A stretch of DNA of 63,027 nt, filler included, from Bigelowiella natans CCMP2755 (GCA_000320545.1; 5 parts of 5 records of this genome joined end to end with filler, not necessarily neighbours in it), one strand, 5' to 3'. Shown: positions 37,750-49,906, counted from the whole stretch's first letter. A program made the numbers and translations. Notes: a model not told the origin generated them from the sequence alone.

Positions 37750-40467
37750 ATGTCACAGCAGCTAGAAGAACAGCAGGACTTTGGCTCGCAGGCCGTGCAA
37801 GGGCACGAGCAGAAACAGGAAAGGAAGGGCGATACGGACGCTAAGGAAGGAGGAGGAACACCTCCACAGGCACCGCCGGGACCAGCACCCGGGATTAAGA
37901 AAGCAGATGCAGCAGCAGAGGCACTGGAGAACTTCTACGAGGCGGACGACGAGGACGTGGCCGCCGAAAGCAAGAAGGTCGTAATGGCATTACGAGCCTT
38001 GCGACCCAGGGCGAGCAACTACGCCAAACTGAAAGTATCGATAGAATACAAGTATCAGACACATGATGTTTGGGCAGCTATCATGCAGGACATCATGGAT
38101 TACGAAGCAGACTTACCTCCAGAGTGGGCAGCTTTGTTTAGGAACGACGGGGGTCTGGGCGCCTCGCGGGGGACGACCCAGAGCACCGTCAAGCAGCAGC
38201 AGCCGGTACAGCGGAACACCCAGTTCATGTCTGTTAAAACAGCACCGGTTATGATAACGAAATACAACGGGAAAAGAGGTGAGGCAAGGAGGTGGTGGAA
38301 GAACGCTAGGAGTATACTCTGCGACTTTACCCCTAACCCCACCGAAAACGACAAGCTCAAATGGCTAGCTATAATAAAGCAAGCCATGGACCTTTACGAG
38401 ACGGGCAGGACCCGGATCAGGCAGCTAGAGAAAATACACACTACAGTTAGTGGGCTACGAGACGTTGAGGCGATAATGAAGGCTTTTGTAAATGAACAGG
38501 ATGCTAACTCCCTACCCCAGGCTATTAGAAAATACAGAGCAATGATGCAGCATGAGAGAGAACCTGTTAGAGACTTTGCCACGCGCTTCCAGGATATGAT
38601 CGACGAACTACATGATTTTAATTACAACACAGGTGATGATCAGGCAAGGTTTGAAGAGTTCAAGTTAAAGATAAAGGAATCCACTTACGTTACGGAGAAA
38701 GGCTACACCACGATGGAGGCAGCAGTGCAGGCTATATCCCTACGCGAGCAGGAGCAGGACCGCAAGTTTACCAGCCCTAAGGTACCTGGCATAGGAAACA
38801 TTAACGCTATTAAGCCGCAGCGAGACTGGTACAAGGACAGGGAAGGTAACCGACGTTGCGGATACTGCTCACGTAAAGGGAAACACACCGCTAAAGACTG
38901 CAGAGACAGGAAAGAAGGACGACCCAGGATGACGATCAGGCAGCTCAACGAACACTACGAGAAGTTAAAGAGAAAGAAAGGCAGAGGACAAGGATATAAC
39001 AACAGCAAATGGCAAGGCAGCAACAACGGGAAGAACAATAAATATAAGAACAAAAAGCAGAACAGTATCAATGCTATACAGCAGCAGATAAACGGAATAT
39101 TAGATCACCTTAAGCAGGCGCCGACGAAGACAGCAGTACCAGCAACGCAGGACCAAGACAAGCCCATGACCCTAGACGACATAAAGAACTTAGGAGTATG
39201 CAACATTAATGACGAAGACGCTAACAGGACTATCAAAGTTGCTATGACCAAGGTTAAAGTTAAAGACAGCTACGGAGACTACAAGAAACTACCTGCCCTT
39301 TGGGATAGTGGCAGCATGCCGAAGTCCTTCATAAGCCTAAGCACAGTAAGAAGGTTAGGACTATTGGATCAAGTGACTAAGAAAGAACGTAAATATGCTC
39401 AAGCAGACGGAAGCTCTTCCATGAAGACCGTCGGTGAGCTAATGCTAAAGCTACAGATACCTGGCAGCGACGCGGAGACCCAAATCAAGACCCGAGTAGC
39501 CATGACTTTATCCATGGAACTACTCCTCGGACAGGATGCCCTAGAAAAATTAGGGGGGATCATATCATTCTACAATCACAAGATATACTTTGCTAAGTTA
39601 CCAAAGAAGTTACATGTGGATAATGAGACCTCTCTTCTACAGCTACCACACCCTAATATTGATGCCTCACCTGTATACTATGCCCAGTCCAACTCCAAGG
39701 TAGAGCGACTCCACCGCACCTTGGCCAACCTAAGCAGGATAAATAGCACCACACCAGACAAGATACAAGGGTTAGTAAACGACACCTTCACGTCTGGGGG
39801 AGGTATCAAGGATAAGGAGAGGGAAGAAGGCGACGACAACGACGACGATACCGAGAGCGAAGACGAGAAGGTCCCGTACGATGGCCGAGTTCTAAAGGAA
39901 GGACAGTATGTTAGGGCCAAGGTAAATCTGAGATCGAGAAATAAACAAGACCCCTTCTGGGGTGGCGTTGCAAAGGTTACCGAGAGGAAGGGGAGGAAGC
40001 AGTACTACATCTATGATGGGAACAGGGTCACCTTGCGCCACATCAGTCACCTAAAGAATTATGATATCGGTGAGAAGCTCCTAGAGGATGTTAAAGTAAA
40101 CCCTACTGTGTGGGAGCGAGCAATGCCTTGTTTAGGACCCCGACCTAAGTTCGATGTGGAATATGGAAACAATAAGGTCAGGGTGAACGACGATTGGCGC
40201 ATGAAGATTGTCTATCTAGGCTACCCTGGATTACGAAATATGGAGAGGGTAGCTATGAAAATAAAGGACGGAAAATATCAGCTACTCTACCTAGCTGTTC
40301 CCGACTTACCCTTTGAGCACTGGTATAAGGTCCTGGGGGACCTTGATGCAGAGGGCTGGTATGGACACGAACCTAAGGACGAAGGTGAGTTCTGGGTAAG
40401 CGACAAAGGAGATAAGGTTAGAGAGGAATCTATTACCTGGTGGTTGGTGAAGTTCCGAAAGCGATGA
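37750..40467 (+). CDS. 905-aa retroelement polyprotein: Gag (capsid + CCHC), aspartic protease, integrase remnant, SH3/GPY-F-like module and adenine-methyltransferase-like domain
   Basis: Capsid motifs KYNGKRGEARRWW and QHEREPVRDFATRF. Zinc knuckle CGYCSRKGKHTAKDC (38857-38901). Protease ALWDSGS and LLLGQDAL. Integrase-like PKKLHVDN and QSNSKVERLHRTL. GQYVRAK...KQDPFWGG...HISHLK. No YxDD RT motif. Confidence 0.88.
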   Translation: MSQQLEEQQDFGSQAVQGHEQKQERKGDTDAKEGGGTPPQAPPGPAPGIKKADAAAEALENFYEADDEDVAAESKKVVMALRALRPRASNYAKLKVSIEYKYQTHDVWAAIMQDIMDYEADLPPEWAALFRNDGGLGASRGTTQSTVKQQQPVQRNTQFMSVKTAPVMITKYNGKRGEARRWWKNARSILCDFTPNPTENDKLKWLAIIKQAMDLYETGRTRIRQLEKIHTTVSGLRDVEAIMKAFVNEQDANSLPQAIRKYRAMMQHEREPVRDFATRFQDMIDELHDFNYNTGDDQARFEEFKLKIKESTYVTEKGYTTMEAAVQAISLREQEQDRKFTSPKVPGIGNINAIKPQRDWYKDREGNRRCGYCSRKGKHTAKDCRDRKEGRPRMTIRQLNEHYEKLKRKKGRGQGYNNSKWQGSNNGKNNKYKNKKQNSINAIQQQINGILDHLKQAPTKTAVPATQDQDKPMTLDDIKNLGVCNINDEDANRTIKVAMTKVKVKDSYGDYKKLPALWDSGSMPKSFISLSTVRRLGLLDQVTKKERKYAQADGSSSMKTVGELMLKLQIPGSDAETQIKTRVAMTLSMELLLGQDALEKLGGIISFYNHKIYFAKLPKKLHVDNETSLLQLPHPNIDASPVYYAQSNSKVERLHRTLANLSRINSTTPDKIQGLVNDTFTSGGGIKDKEREEGDDNDDDTESEDEKVPYDGRVLKEGQYVRAKVNLRSRNKQDPFWGGVAKVTERKGRKQYYIYDGNRVTLRHISHLKNYDIGEKLLEDVKVNPTVWERAMPCLGPRPKFDVEYGNNKVRVNDDWRMKIVYLGYPGLRNMERVAMKIKDGKYQLLYLAVPDLPFEHWYKVLGDLDAEGWYGHEPKDEGEFWVSDKGDKVREESITWWLVKFRKR

Positions 40468-40473
40468 AGGTCT

Positions 40474-40518
40474 AAGGGAATAAGGAAGGAAGGAAGGAGC
40501 AACGTGACTTGGGGGAGG
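40474..40518 (+). promoter_or_regulatory. Polypurine tract region
   Basis: GGGGGAGG abuts the 3' LTR (40511-40518). A purine run AAGGGAATAAGGAAGGAAGGAAGGAG lies just upstream. Confidence 0.85.
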
Positions 40519-40844
40519 TGTAGCGCGTACCACTACGCGGGCACAAGTCACGTGCGACAACAAAGGGGTTGTCGCGGATATAGAATATAGATAACGTAGA
40601 TATTAATACAGCATAGGCACGTGGGTTCCGGCGGGACTCATGGCAGCACACCGGAAGTGTGCTGCCCCACGTGCGGCGGCATTCGCGAAAGCTTCGCGAA
40701 TGATTACGCAGTGCACGATTTAATAAAAATATAATCTTTAATAAAAATAAACACAACTCTTCAAAAGGAAGCAAACGTGCCTTTCCCCCCCCCTGCCTAC
40801 TTGTGCACGTAGCGCCTCGGCCTGTGAACACCTTACGCGCAACA
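40519..40844 (+). repeat. 3' LTR
   Basis: Direct repeat of 37385-37710, followed by the TSD ATGC. Confidence 0.95.
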
Positions 40845-41286
40845 ATGCGTGCGTGCCTTGTCATGTACATGACAGCTAGTCTGGCTAGTGGCAAGCTTGT
40901 CACAAGTTTTTCCTGCGTGTTGCATGCTTGCTACATCCATGTGTCCATGTGCATCTAGAAGCTCGTGTGCACGTACGTCTATGCTTGTGCGCAGAATCTT
41001 CACATTCATTCTCGCTCCGCCTTTCATTGCTAGATTGCGTGTGAGAGAAGGAGGAAAGAACGACAGCAAGCACGCATTGTTGTCATCCGGCAGCGTTGTC
41101 TCTAGCTCTAGCTAAATGCAGGACTCATACCCGTGTTTTAAAAATTTGAAGGATGACCTAGCTTTGTGTTATATTGTTAACTTTTTACATGACACTACTA
41201 CTACTGCTACTACTACTACTACTATTCGATCTAAACGATGCATTTCCTACTACTGCTGCTAACTTTTACTAGTTTACTACTACTCA

Positions 41287-41321
<35 letters not shown>

Positions 41322-41450
41322 CTCTGACCTATCTATCGATGTAATAACAACAGTGGAACTGTACTTTAATGCTGCTGTATCAATGTCGATTTGTGTGTAA
41401 ATTGACACGACGAATTTTTTATCAAGTTTTTCACTGTCGCCTGTTCTCTG

Positions 41451-42756
41451 TCATCGCTGGTTAGAGCACAAGAGATCAAATCGCATGGTAGGAGGGGAGA
41501 GGGGGGCGGGAGCCTCCAAGTTGAAGAGAGATCCCAAATTCAAATTAAGGTCCGCATTCGCTAAGGGGTTGTTACTGTCATCTTCGCACTGCGAGATCTT
41601 GCCCCCAACCAATGTGTTATCGTGGCTATTATCATTATCATTATCATCGTAAGGAGAAGGCTGCTCAGCATCAGCAAAGGAAGATGGCATCTCCACTTCG
41701 TCAGGTGAGGCGGAGGAGCATGTGGAAGAAATGGGCGCGGAGGCGCTTAATCCATCTGTGCTACCTGCAAGGTTTGATGATGATGATGATGATAATGATG
41801 ATGACGATGTCTTTAAAATTTTGATTGGTGGTTGTGCAAAGAAGCTCCTCATTTAAAGAAAAAAGAAATATAGACCAACAATTTGACTCTACGGGATGGC
41901 TGAGGAAGTGATTTATTACTGTCTCTCCGTTATCGATTCAAGAGTCAACTCTTTCTCAAGATTGGCATGGTGGTGTCAGCAATATATCATCATTTTTCTC
42001 ATGGGGGAAAGTGTTGTTCCTGTCTCCACGTACTCGCTCCTGAAGACAACACGGGCGGGTTGTTTAGCATCTGCTTGAGGAATTCAATGTTGCACCGCAG
42101 GACAGCATTCTCCGTCTGCAATTTCACCATTGAGGACCGAATCTCTCGCGCCTGCTTGTGCAGCGAAGCCACCTTCGTCTCTAGATCCTGTTCAAAATTT
42201 TACGGAGAAGGTCAGGGGGGGCAACATCCCTGTAGAGGGAAGATGAGGGGAAACTCGAGAGCGTGGATTCTAAAACGAATTAGAGAACGCTGAAGATTTC
42301 GTTTTCGCGGCAAGGGCTGGTCGATAAAAACCATCGTCATTGGCGCTCTCAATTCGTCATGAATTCCTCTGAGGAAAGAGTCGCAAAACTCAAATTGCAG
42401 AGGGGCGGAGAGGGGGGCAGATGGTAGGAAGGCTACAACTAACCTGGATATATGCTTTCTTCTTCATTCTATACTTTGTCGCTGAAACCCGATTTCGTTG
42501 ACGCTGTGATGAAAGGGGTTCGCGTTGGATATTTATCTCGCAGTTTACTGCCAAATACTTATTTTTACAATCTACTTAGAAATACCTTTTCCAAGTGAGA
42601 AGTTGATATCAACCCAGGTGTGACGTGAATCCCCGGGGCATTTTCGGGAATAGCGGGAGGAGGAAGATGTGAAAGCGAAAGCTGCCAAGCCTTACAAAAA
42701 GCTGATAAACAGCCATAGACGATTCGGATTTTGTGAGTTCGAACAAAATATCGCTG

Positions 42757-42796
<40 letters not shown>

Positions 42797-43710
42797 AACA
42801 ACAACATCAACAACAACTAGGTCTCACACAAATGGTCAACCTCTCCACATTTAAGATTTGACTGACCTTGTTGAGCCACCTCCAAAGCCTTTCTCTCGTC
42901 GATTCCCTGTGGTTTCTTGAGCAAAGCGAGCTGCACAGAGAGAGATAGAGGAAATAGACTCAAGACGAATATGCCAGATGGATTTTACGACCCTTTTCGT
43001 CAAAATTTATCCCATCCTTTCACCAACCCGCTCTCAAAAAATGTCTCCCATCGGTTTCCTGCTTCAACCTGAGCGCGCTTAAGCCTGAGATTTGCCCCGG
43101 TGAGCTGTATTTCAAATGGATTTTTTAGTATCGGCCGTGCTAAGCTCGATGCACTGATATGGGAGGAAGCGCCTCCCTTCGCCTCCCCAAAGCTCCGAAC
43201 GCCGTCCTCAATATCAAGAGCTTGAACCCGAGCTGAGTTGGACGTGAAGAGGGAGGCATGATTTTAAAATATCCACACACTCATACGAAAATTCTCAAAT
43301 AATTTGAAATATTCGATCAAAATACTAAATTCGATGGTTGGGACATAGAGAAAAGGGAGCGAAGGTAAGAATAGATTGGAAGCAGGAGCGGAATCAACCA
43401 ATCGGTAAGCTGGGGATATTAGCCTTTGGAGTCGTTATTCTGGGAGAGGAACTACTCAAATCCATAGAATTAGGTCTCATATCCTCCTTCTTAAATGCCA
43501 ATGCTGGCTTCGGTTTGTATGAGGCGGCCCTGGGGACACGAGGAGGCCTTGGATGGGGGCCGCCGCTGGCCTCCATCGGACCCTTCTTCAGAACTACAGT
43601 GAGGGTGTTTACAGCTATTTTAAAAAATATATTTACTATTTATATTTAGCGACAATATTTTTCGTCGCTTTTATCAACCGTTTGGAGGGATTTCGGAGGA
43701 TGGCAAGCAT
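41451..43710 (-). CDS. bZIP transcription factor (multi-exon)
   Basis: Exon 42444-42503 (RQRNRVSATKYRMKKKAYIQ) splices in phase to an exon starting at 42187 (DLETKVASLHKQAREIRSSMVKLQTENAVLRCNIEFLKQML), giving an N-x7-basic region plus heptads. Ser-rich C-terminus. Ends are approximate. Confidence 0.8.
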
Positions 43711-44257
43711 ATCTCAAAACTGACAGGTGACATTTGCTTATTTTTTAAGACGCATCAGAACAAAATCTAGATCCACATACTAACTAAAATGAAGGTAAAA
43801 TATCCTAGCTATCATTCTTTTTTTGGTTGAATTCAAAATATGTACAAGAATTCGACATGCATTTGAATGAAGCAGCGGGTTAAAAGTTCTAAGATCGCAG
43901 GGCAAAGTTTTCGATAGTTGTCGTCTATGTGATTTATCCTCCATTTCGATACTTTAGCATGTTTTCCGAGTTGCTCAACGGTCATAAGGTAGTGCAGTAA
44001 GAATTCAAGAAATGTGTTGTACGTCATGATAAACACGATGTCGTCAATAACTATTACCCTTCATTTAGACTTTGAACATGCTCAGAAAATATCAACAGTA
44101 AAAATAGGAGCTTACTCATTCAAATCCATCTATTAGAGATAATACGACATCGAATAGACTTATTTTTGCTCCAAAATAGCTCGTTAAATATTCTATATTT
44201 TACAATTCCAATCTTAATTGATAGCTTGTGTGATGGGGACCACCTGATACAGGGACG

Positions 44258-44450
44258 ATGGAGGACGAGCGCTTCGAATTCGAGGCACCTAAGTTCTACG
44301 ATTTCTCTCGTGAACCAACCTTACAGGAAATTGAGATCAGTGATGAATTTTTCCGCAGGTTCTCAAATAGTTAATAGACAAATGCAGGCCCATGTCCACA
44401 CGTGTCCATGCATGGATGTGCACATGTGAATCCCATTCAAAAAACATACA

Positions 44451-44486
<36 letters not shown>

Positions 44487-44508
44487 TCAAATAAATGTTA
44501 GCTCGCTT

Positions 44509-44542
<34 letters not shown>

Positions 44543-45002
44543 TTACGTGGCGATAGGGATGTACATAGAATGCATATGTATTTTCTAGAAGTGTGAATTT
44601 ATGAGAATAATGTGCGTGTTGGCATATTTTTTGGGTTGTTGGGTGTCAGATCACATACATGATGTTTTAAAGTCACGATTGTGTTGTCCGATGCGAACTC
44701 AGCACGACTGTCTCCATATCAAAACATAAATCAATTTATTATATATGAAAATATTCAACTAGGACACATCCTAAACATGAGAATCCAAACCCAAGGCCCA
44801 GAGAGCCTCCTCTCTACGAAGAGGAAGAGGACTTCTCGGAGCAACGAGATACGAGGCGTCGCCTCCTCAGCAAGAGATTTATCCGCAAATCCAAGATTAA
44901 GCAAGCAAGCGTTCTCAATACTTCAAACGTCTCTCACAATTCTCTACATAGTGAAAGGCAAGCATAACACTTGAATGCTGGAAAAATTATTGTTAATAGA
45001 TA

Positions 45003-45034
<32 letters not shown>

Positions 45035-45903
45035 TTCTTCCTCTCACTCATCCATTCTTATCTTTTTTCGTCGTCCTCTTCGTATTCTTCTTTACTATAG
45101 CTTCAACCACGACTCGAGCTTCCTGTCCGCGAAGAGCGACACAGCTACTCGGTCGGGCGCCGCGGACGAGTCCACATCCAACATAAATGCGCTGCTGCAA
45201 TCGCACAACAAAAGGCTGCTTACAGACAGCAGGAGCTCTACCTCCTATCGTCGCCATTCGAAGAAACGAAGATCGCTTCGCTCTCAAGTCGCCCAAGACA
45301 CGTCATCCTCCCGACAGAAAGCCAGCCTCGACCCTGCTATCTCCGCCCTGATGAGCTCCCACAACGCAACAGTGAAAGCAGCCCGGCGCCATCGAAGCAG
45401 CAAGGCCTCCTCGTCGTCATCGAGTGTCACTGTGCGGGAATCGGCGAGACTTGCCTCCTCCTCCTCCTCCTCCTCCTCCTCTTCCTCCCACCCGAAGAAC
45501 AAAACTAAGAAGAAGCGACTCCACCAATCCCGGGCCAGCTCAACGAGAGTCTTCTCAATCTACGAAGATCCGAGGAAGAATAAGAAAAATTCAGTCGAAG
45601 ACAACTGCGATGATGATGATGATGCCGCCACTGCTGGAAATTCGCGCAAGAGGAAGGCTCCACGATTGGGGCCATCTAATCACAACACAAAGGCTTGCCG
45701 CTACCGTGACCACAACCCCAATACCTCTGAGGTCCTCTGCTCCAACGTTAAGCGCAGCGGTGGGGCTCAAAATACGGCGGCTGCTGCTGCTGCTGCTGCC
45801 CCCCGAAAGGTAGAGTAATAGCCAAAACACTGAGTTTTTGTAACCAACTTTCAGCGGTATGAGGCGCCAGCTCCGGCTTTTACCAAATCTGTAAACCATC
45901 CCC

Positions 45904-45952
<49 letters not shown>

Positions 45953-46540
45953 AGGAGAACATGCGAGCGGCGCAGCTCGAGGAGTGGAGGAAGAAGCGGG
46001 ATTCTCAAAAGCAGCAGCAAGCCAAGCAGAAGGCGACTTCCTCAAGGAACCAGCGACCGACCCGTGCGCGTGCGAGGATGGCCTTCACTGCGAACCCGTT
46101 GAGCGACAGGCCGCCGAAGAACAAATCCTCAAGAAAGCTGTCCACCAAGGAAGAAGCGGGGGCTGAACAGACGGAACAAGTGGACGATCTCAATGCGGAC
46201 GTCATGTCGCTTCTAGCAAGGCACAACCAGAATATAGTGCGGAAGAAGAAAACGAGCAGCAGCAGTAAGCGAAGAGGGGGGGGGCTCAGATTTCTCGGTG
46301 GCAGCAGTACCAGCGCTAGGAGGCAAGGTGCAGAGAGTGAAGTGAGAAGGATAAGATGATCTCGCCCAATCATTCTACTGATGGTGTTCGTTCGTGGCGG
46401 TGGCGGCCATGGGTGCAGCAATTCGCTGCGAAGGCTCTCATATTCTTCGGTGGGAGGGAAACTCTTCGTAGTACCGCAAAGTTAATCTCTCCACCAGCCT
46501 CAGCGTACAGGATCGCACACGGAATGTTTCATCGAAGTAA
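44258..46540 (+). CDS. Basic low-complexity protein with a TPX2-like N-terminal motif (multi-exon)
   Basis: MEDERFEFEAPKFYDFSRE...SDEFF resembles the [YF]EFDAPx[FW]xDF motif at the TPX2 N-terminus. Downstream Ser/Arg/Lys-rich exons lie at 45101-45810 and 45955-46359. The end is approximate. Confidence 0.45.
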
Positions 46541-47563
46541 TGACAAAAGTAATCGCTTGTGCAGAGCAGCGCAGATCGAGAGAATAATGTAAATTTAGAC
46601 TTCATTTAATTAAAACTGATGAGTATCATCCTATTTATTCTGACATCGCACATGCAAGTTGCAAGGTACACGTCATGTTGCATACGCCTAAGCTTGGTTT
46701 CCATTTTAGCTCCACCCAGAAATGTATGTATGTGCGTGCGCTGTGCTGCTTCGATCGACATGGGCAATATATCTCTGTACGTATACATTTGTAACTTTAC
46801 ATGTATAGCTAACTGGTCCGCACGCTGGGCGATGGATTAGCGAGCTAGCGAGCAGGTGTGCTCTACATTACACGCTAGCACGTACTAGCTAGCTAGCCCA
46901 ATGCATGCTAGCTAGCTAGCATCTGCGCATGCGCATGTGATGCTACTAGCTAGCATAGCTAGCTAGCTAGCGCATGCGGAATTATGATGTCTAAAGATGC
47001 AGTGCAGTACGTGCGCATGTTTCCATTTCTATCTATCTACGCTTGCTAGCTTGCTAGCTTGGGCATTTCGAATAATGCTCCAATGTTACCAGCTAGCCAG
47101 GCGAGCTGCGCGCCCCCTGCGATGCTAGCTTGTGTTGTCAATTCTAATTAACAACTTGCCGCCACAGCAGTACGTGCAGCGATGTGACCGTGCTAGCTAG
47201 CTAGCTAGCGTGCGGTCTACTAGCGCGGTGCGTGCATGTACATATACATAACAGAAGCATGTAGTGTGCATGTTAGCGTGTCTAGCGCTAGCTAGACGAT
47301 ATAGCTACGGTGCGAAACCCAGCTAATATACAAGCAGCTCGCTCATACCATTACACCACCATCCAATTTGTGTCTCCTGCTTATTGGATTGCATTCATCA
47401 GAGTGCTCCGCCATGCTCTATTTCATCATCGTCGCCATCATCATCATCAACCGCAAGCTCCAGTACGTACTTCAGACCCGCTACTTCCTACGCCTGATGC
47501 CATGCTGCCCTGCTCATCCTCTGGCCCCTTCTAGCCTTCCGACCCCCGATACCGACGCTAATA

Positions 47564-49618
47564 CTAAAGCTCGGTGACAAATGGCGAGTGCTGCGCTTGG
47601 CAGAGGAGAACAGCGCACTGGAGGTCCTTTGTGAGGGCATCGACGATGTCATACTCTTCAAACCCGCTCACGTCCAAGTCCTTTTGGCCGACGGTCGAGG
47701 CGGCGAAGAGCTTCCTCTCAGAAGCAGCTTCAACTCCATTCAACGTAGCCGCCCCCCCCGCCACGGCGTCCGTCCTTGTCGCATCCCGCGCCAGCACGAA
47801 GGGAACGATTGCTAACGCGCTGCCCTCCGACTCCCGCCGAATGCACGAGTTCAAGATGCGAACCTATGCATGTCGGAAGGAACCATCAGCGCTCCTCGCG
47901 CGCCCACATCGCCAGCGGCCACCGCCGTCGCCACAAACACCATCATTGAGAAATTCACGTGATGATGGAATGACCTAACTACTACCACCACCACCACCAC
48001 CCGTAACCAGCTATCATACCTCCAAAATAATATACAAAAAAACCACCAAAATTCGCGAACTATGTCAAAACGGCGCCCCCCCCCCCCCCCCCCCCCCCCT
48101 TATTGCGAATGGCTGTCCTGGGGGACTGCACCGTAGATGACGCTGAGGAGTTCTGCGAGCCTTTCATGAGCTAGACCCCTTTTCCAGCCCCGGCTGACAC
48201 AATTTTATCGTCGTCGTATGAAATCGGGAAGGCTTCCAGATACGCAACAACCTCCTGCTTTTTCCTAACCATTCCCGTGGCTTTTTTTTCAGGGAGTTTC
48301 CCCTCTTTTTCTTCCGCGGCCTCCTCCCCCCCCCCCCCGCCCTCACCCCCATCTACAAATGCGCATATTCGCAGGCGCGTATGGCGCGACCAACCCGAGT
48401 TCGGCCCTCTGCAATGCCGCAATATCCAGCCAAACATCAGAGCTAAGTCCTGACTGTCTTTCAACCCTGCGGGGGTGGGGGGGGGGGGGAATGATGGCCC
48501 GTGGCGACTAGAGGGAGATATTGGAGCTGTCGCGTCCCAGAACTGCTCGTATCCGATCCAGACATCGATGGTGGTACGGCAACCGTCCTCCCCCGGCGAC
48601 AGCGACAGCTCCGCGTTCTTCTGTGAGGGTGGCGGTGACGACCTGTGGGAACCATTTATTATTATTGTTGTTTGTTGTTGTTGTTGTTGTTGTTTTTTTT
48701 TTTTTTTGGGTTGTTATTATTAGGAATGAGGAGCGACACCAACAAACAACGCGCGGCTGCGCATCGTGTGTATAGCGTATTATTTGTGTGCGCTGGCTGC
48801 TCTCGGTGACGTCTTCTCCGGGAAGATCTTAAGGCTGATGCGACATCTACGATTCGTCTGCCGCTGCATGACTAATCGTGTACTATTCGCTAATTTGTCG
48901 GAGAGATTCGCGCTTGATATGCCTCTCACCCGTCCACGAGGTAGTGCGGTAGCAGATCGAAGTATCGGGCGAGCATTAGGTTGTGTCCGAAAATGGAGAT
49001 GTCGCGCAGCATCGATATGTATCTGTGGTGGACAATGCGTGAATGAAAAAGCCTATAGCAGCAATCATTATTATAATTATCATCATCATCATCAGCAGCA
49101 GCAGCAGCAGCATGGTGCGCTCACCTTCAACCATGTGTTTGAAGGATACGCTCGCTAAACACACACACACACACACGCACACACGCACACGCACACACAC
49201 GCACCTAGCCTTCCCCCCCGCCTTCGCTCTATCTCTTCCAGGCGAGTTGAGAGGCAGCTTCCGTGTGCATTCTTTCACGCGCTTTAGAGACTCCTCCGGG
49301 AGGTTCAGGTCATCGAGAGGGTTGCGCACAAAGACCTTCTTGTCCGCAGGCAGCAGCTGCTCCTCCTCCCCCCCTTCCTCGTGGAACTCTAGCAGAACAG
49401 AGTTGGGGTCCAGCGCGCCTAGCCCGGCCATCATTAGCATTTGCTGCACTCCCTCCTGCACGTTGGGTGATAGATCATGAGGCTTTTGTTCTTCTTCGTG
49501 TGTGTGTGTGTGTGTGTTTGTGTACCATATATGCGGTGGCGATGGAGAAGAAAGAGCTATGCATAGTTGCGTACCGACAGTGCCGTGAGAGGGCGCAGCA
49601 GCAGCGGCATCATAAAAC

Positions 49619-49663
<45 letters not shown>

Positions 49664-49841
49664 AACACACAACACAAACACAGCCCACAACCCACAGCCT
49701 CTCACCACCGGTTACCTGGACGGTGCGCGCCGTGGTCACGACCGGGAAGGCCTTGAGATTGCACGTTTTGATATAATCTCCCCAGTGAAGCTTCCGCGAC
49801 TGTATTCGGTCAACTTGCCGTTGCGTTAGAGACCTTACAAA

Positions 49842-49906
<65 letters not shown>

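Larger units (their letters stand above)
37385..40844 (+). mobile_element. Full-length non-autonomous LTR retrotransposon (Ty3/Gypsy-like), 3,460 bp, lacking RT and RNase H
   Basis: Two 326-bp TG...CA LTRs, identical by eye. 4-bp TSD ATGC at 37381-37384 and 40845-40848. PBS-like TGG after the 5' LTR, PPT before the 3' LTR and one internal ORF. Confidence 0.95.
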
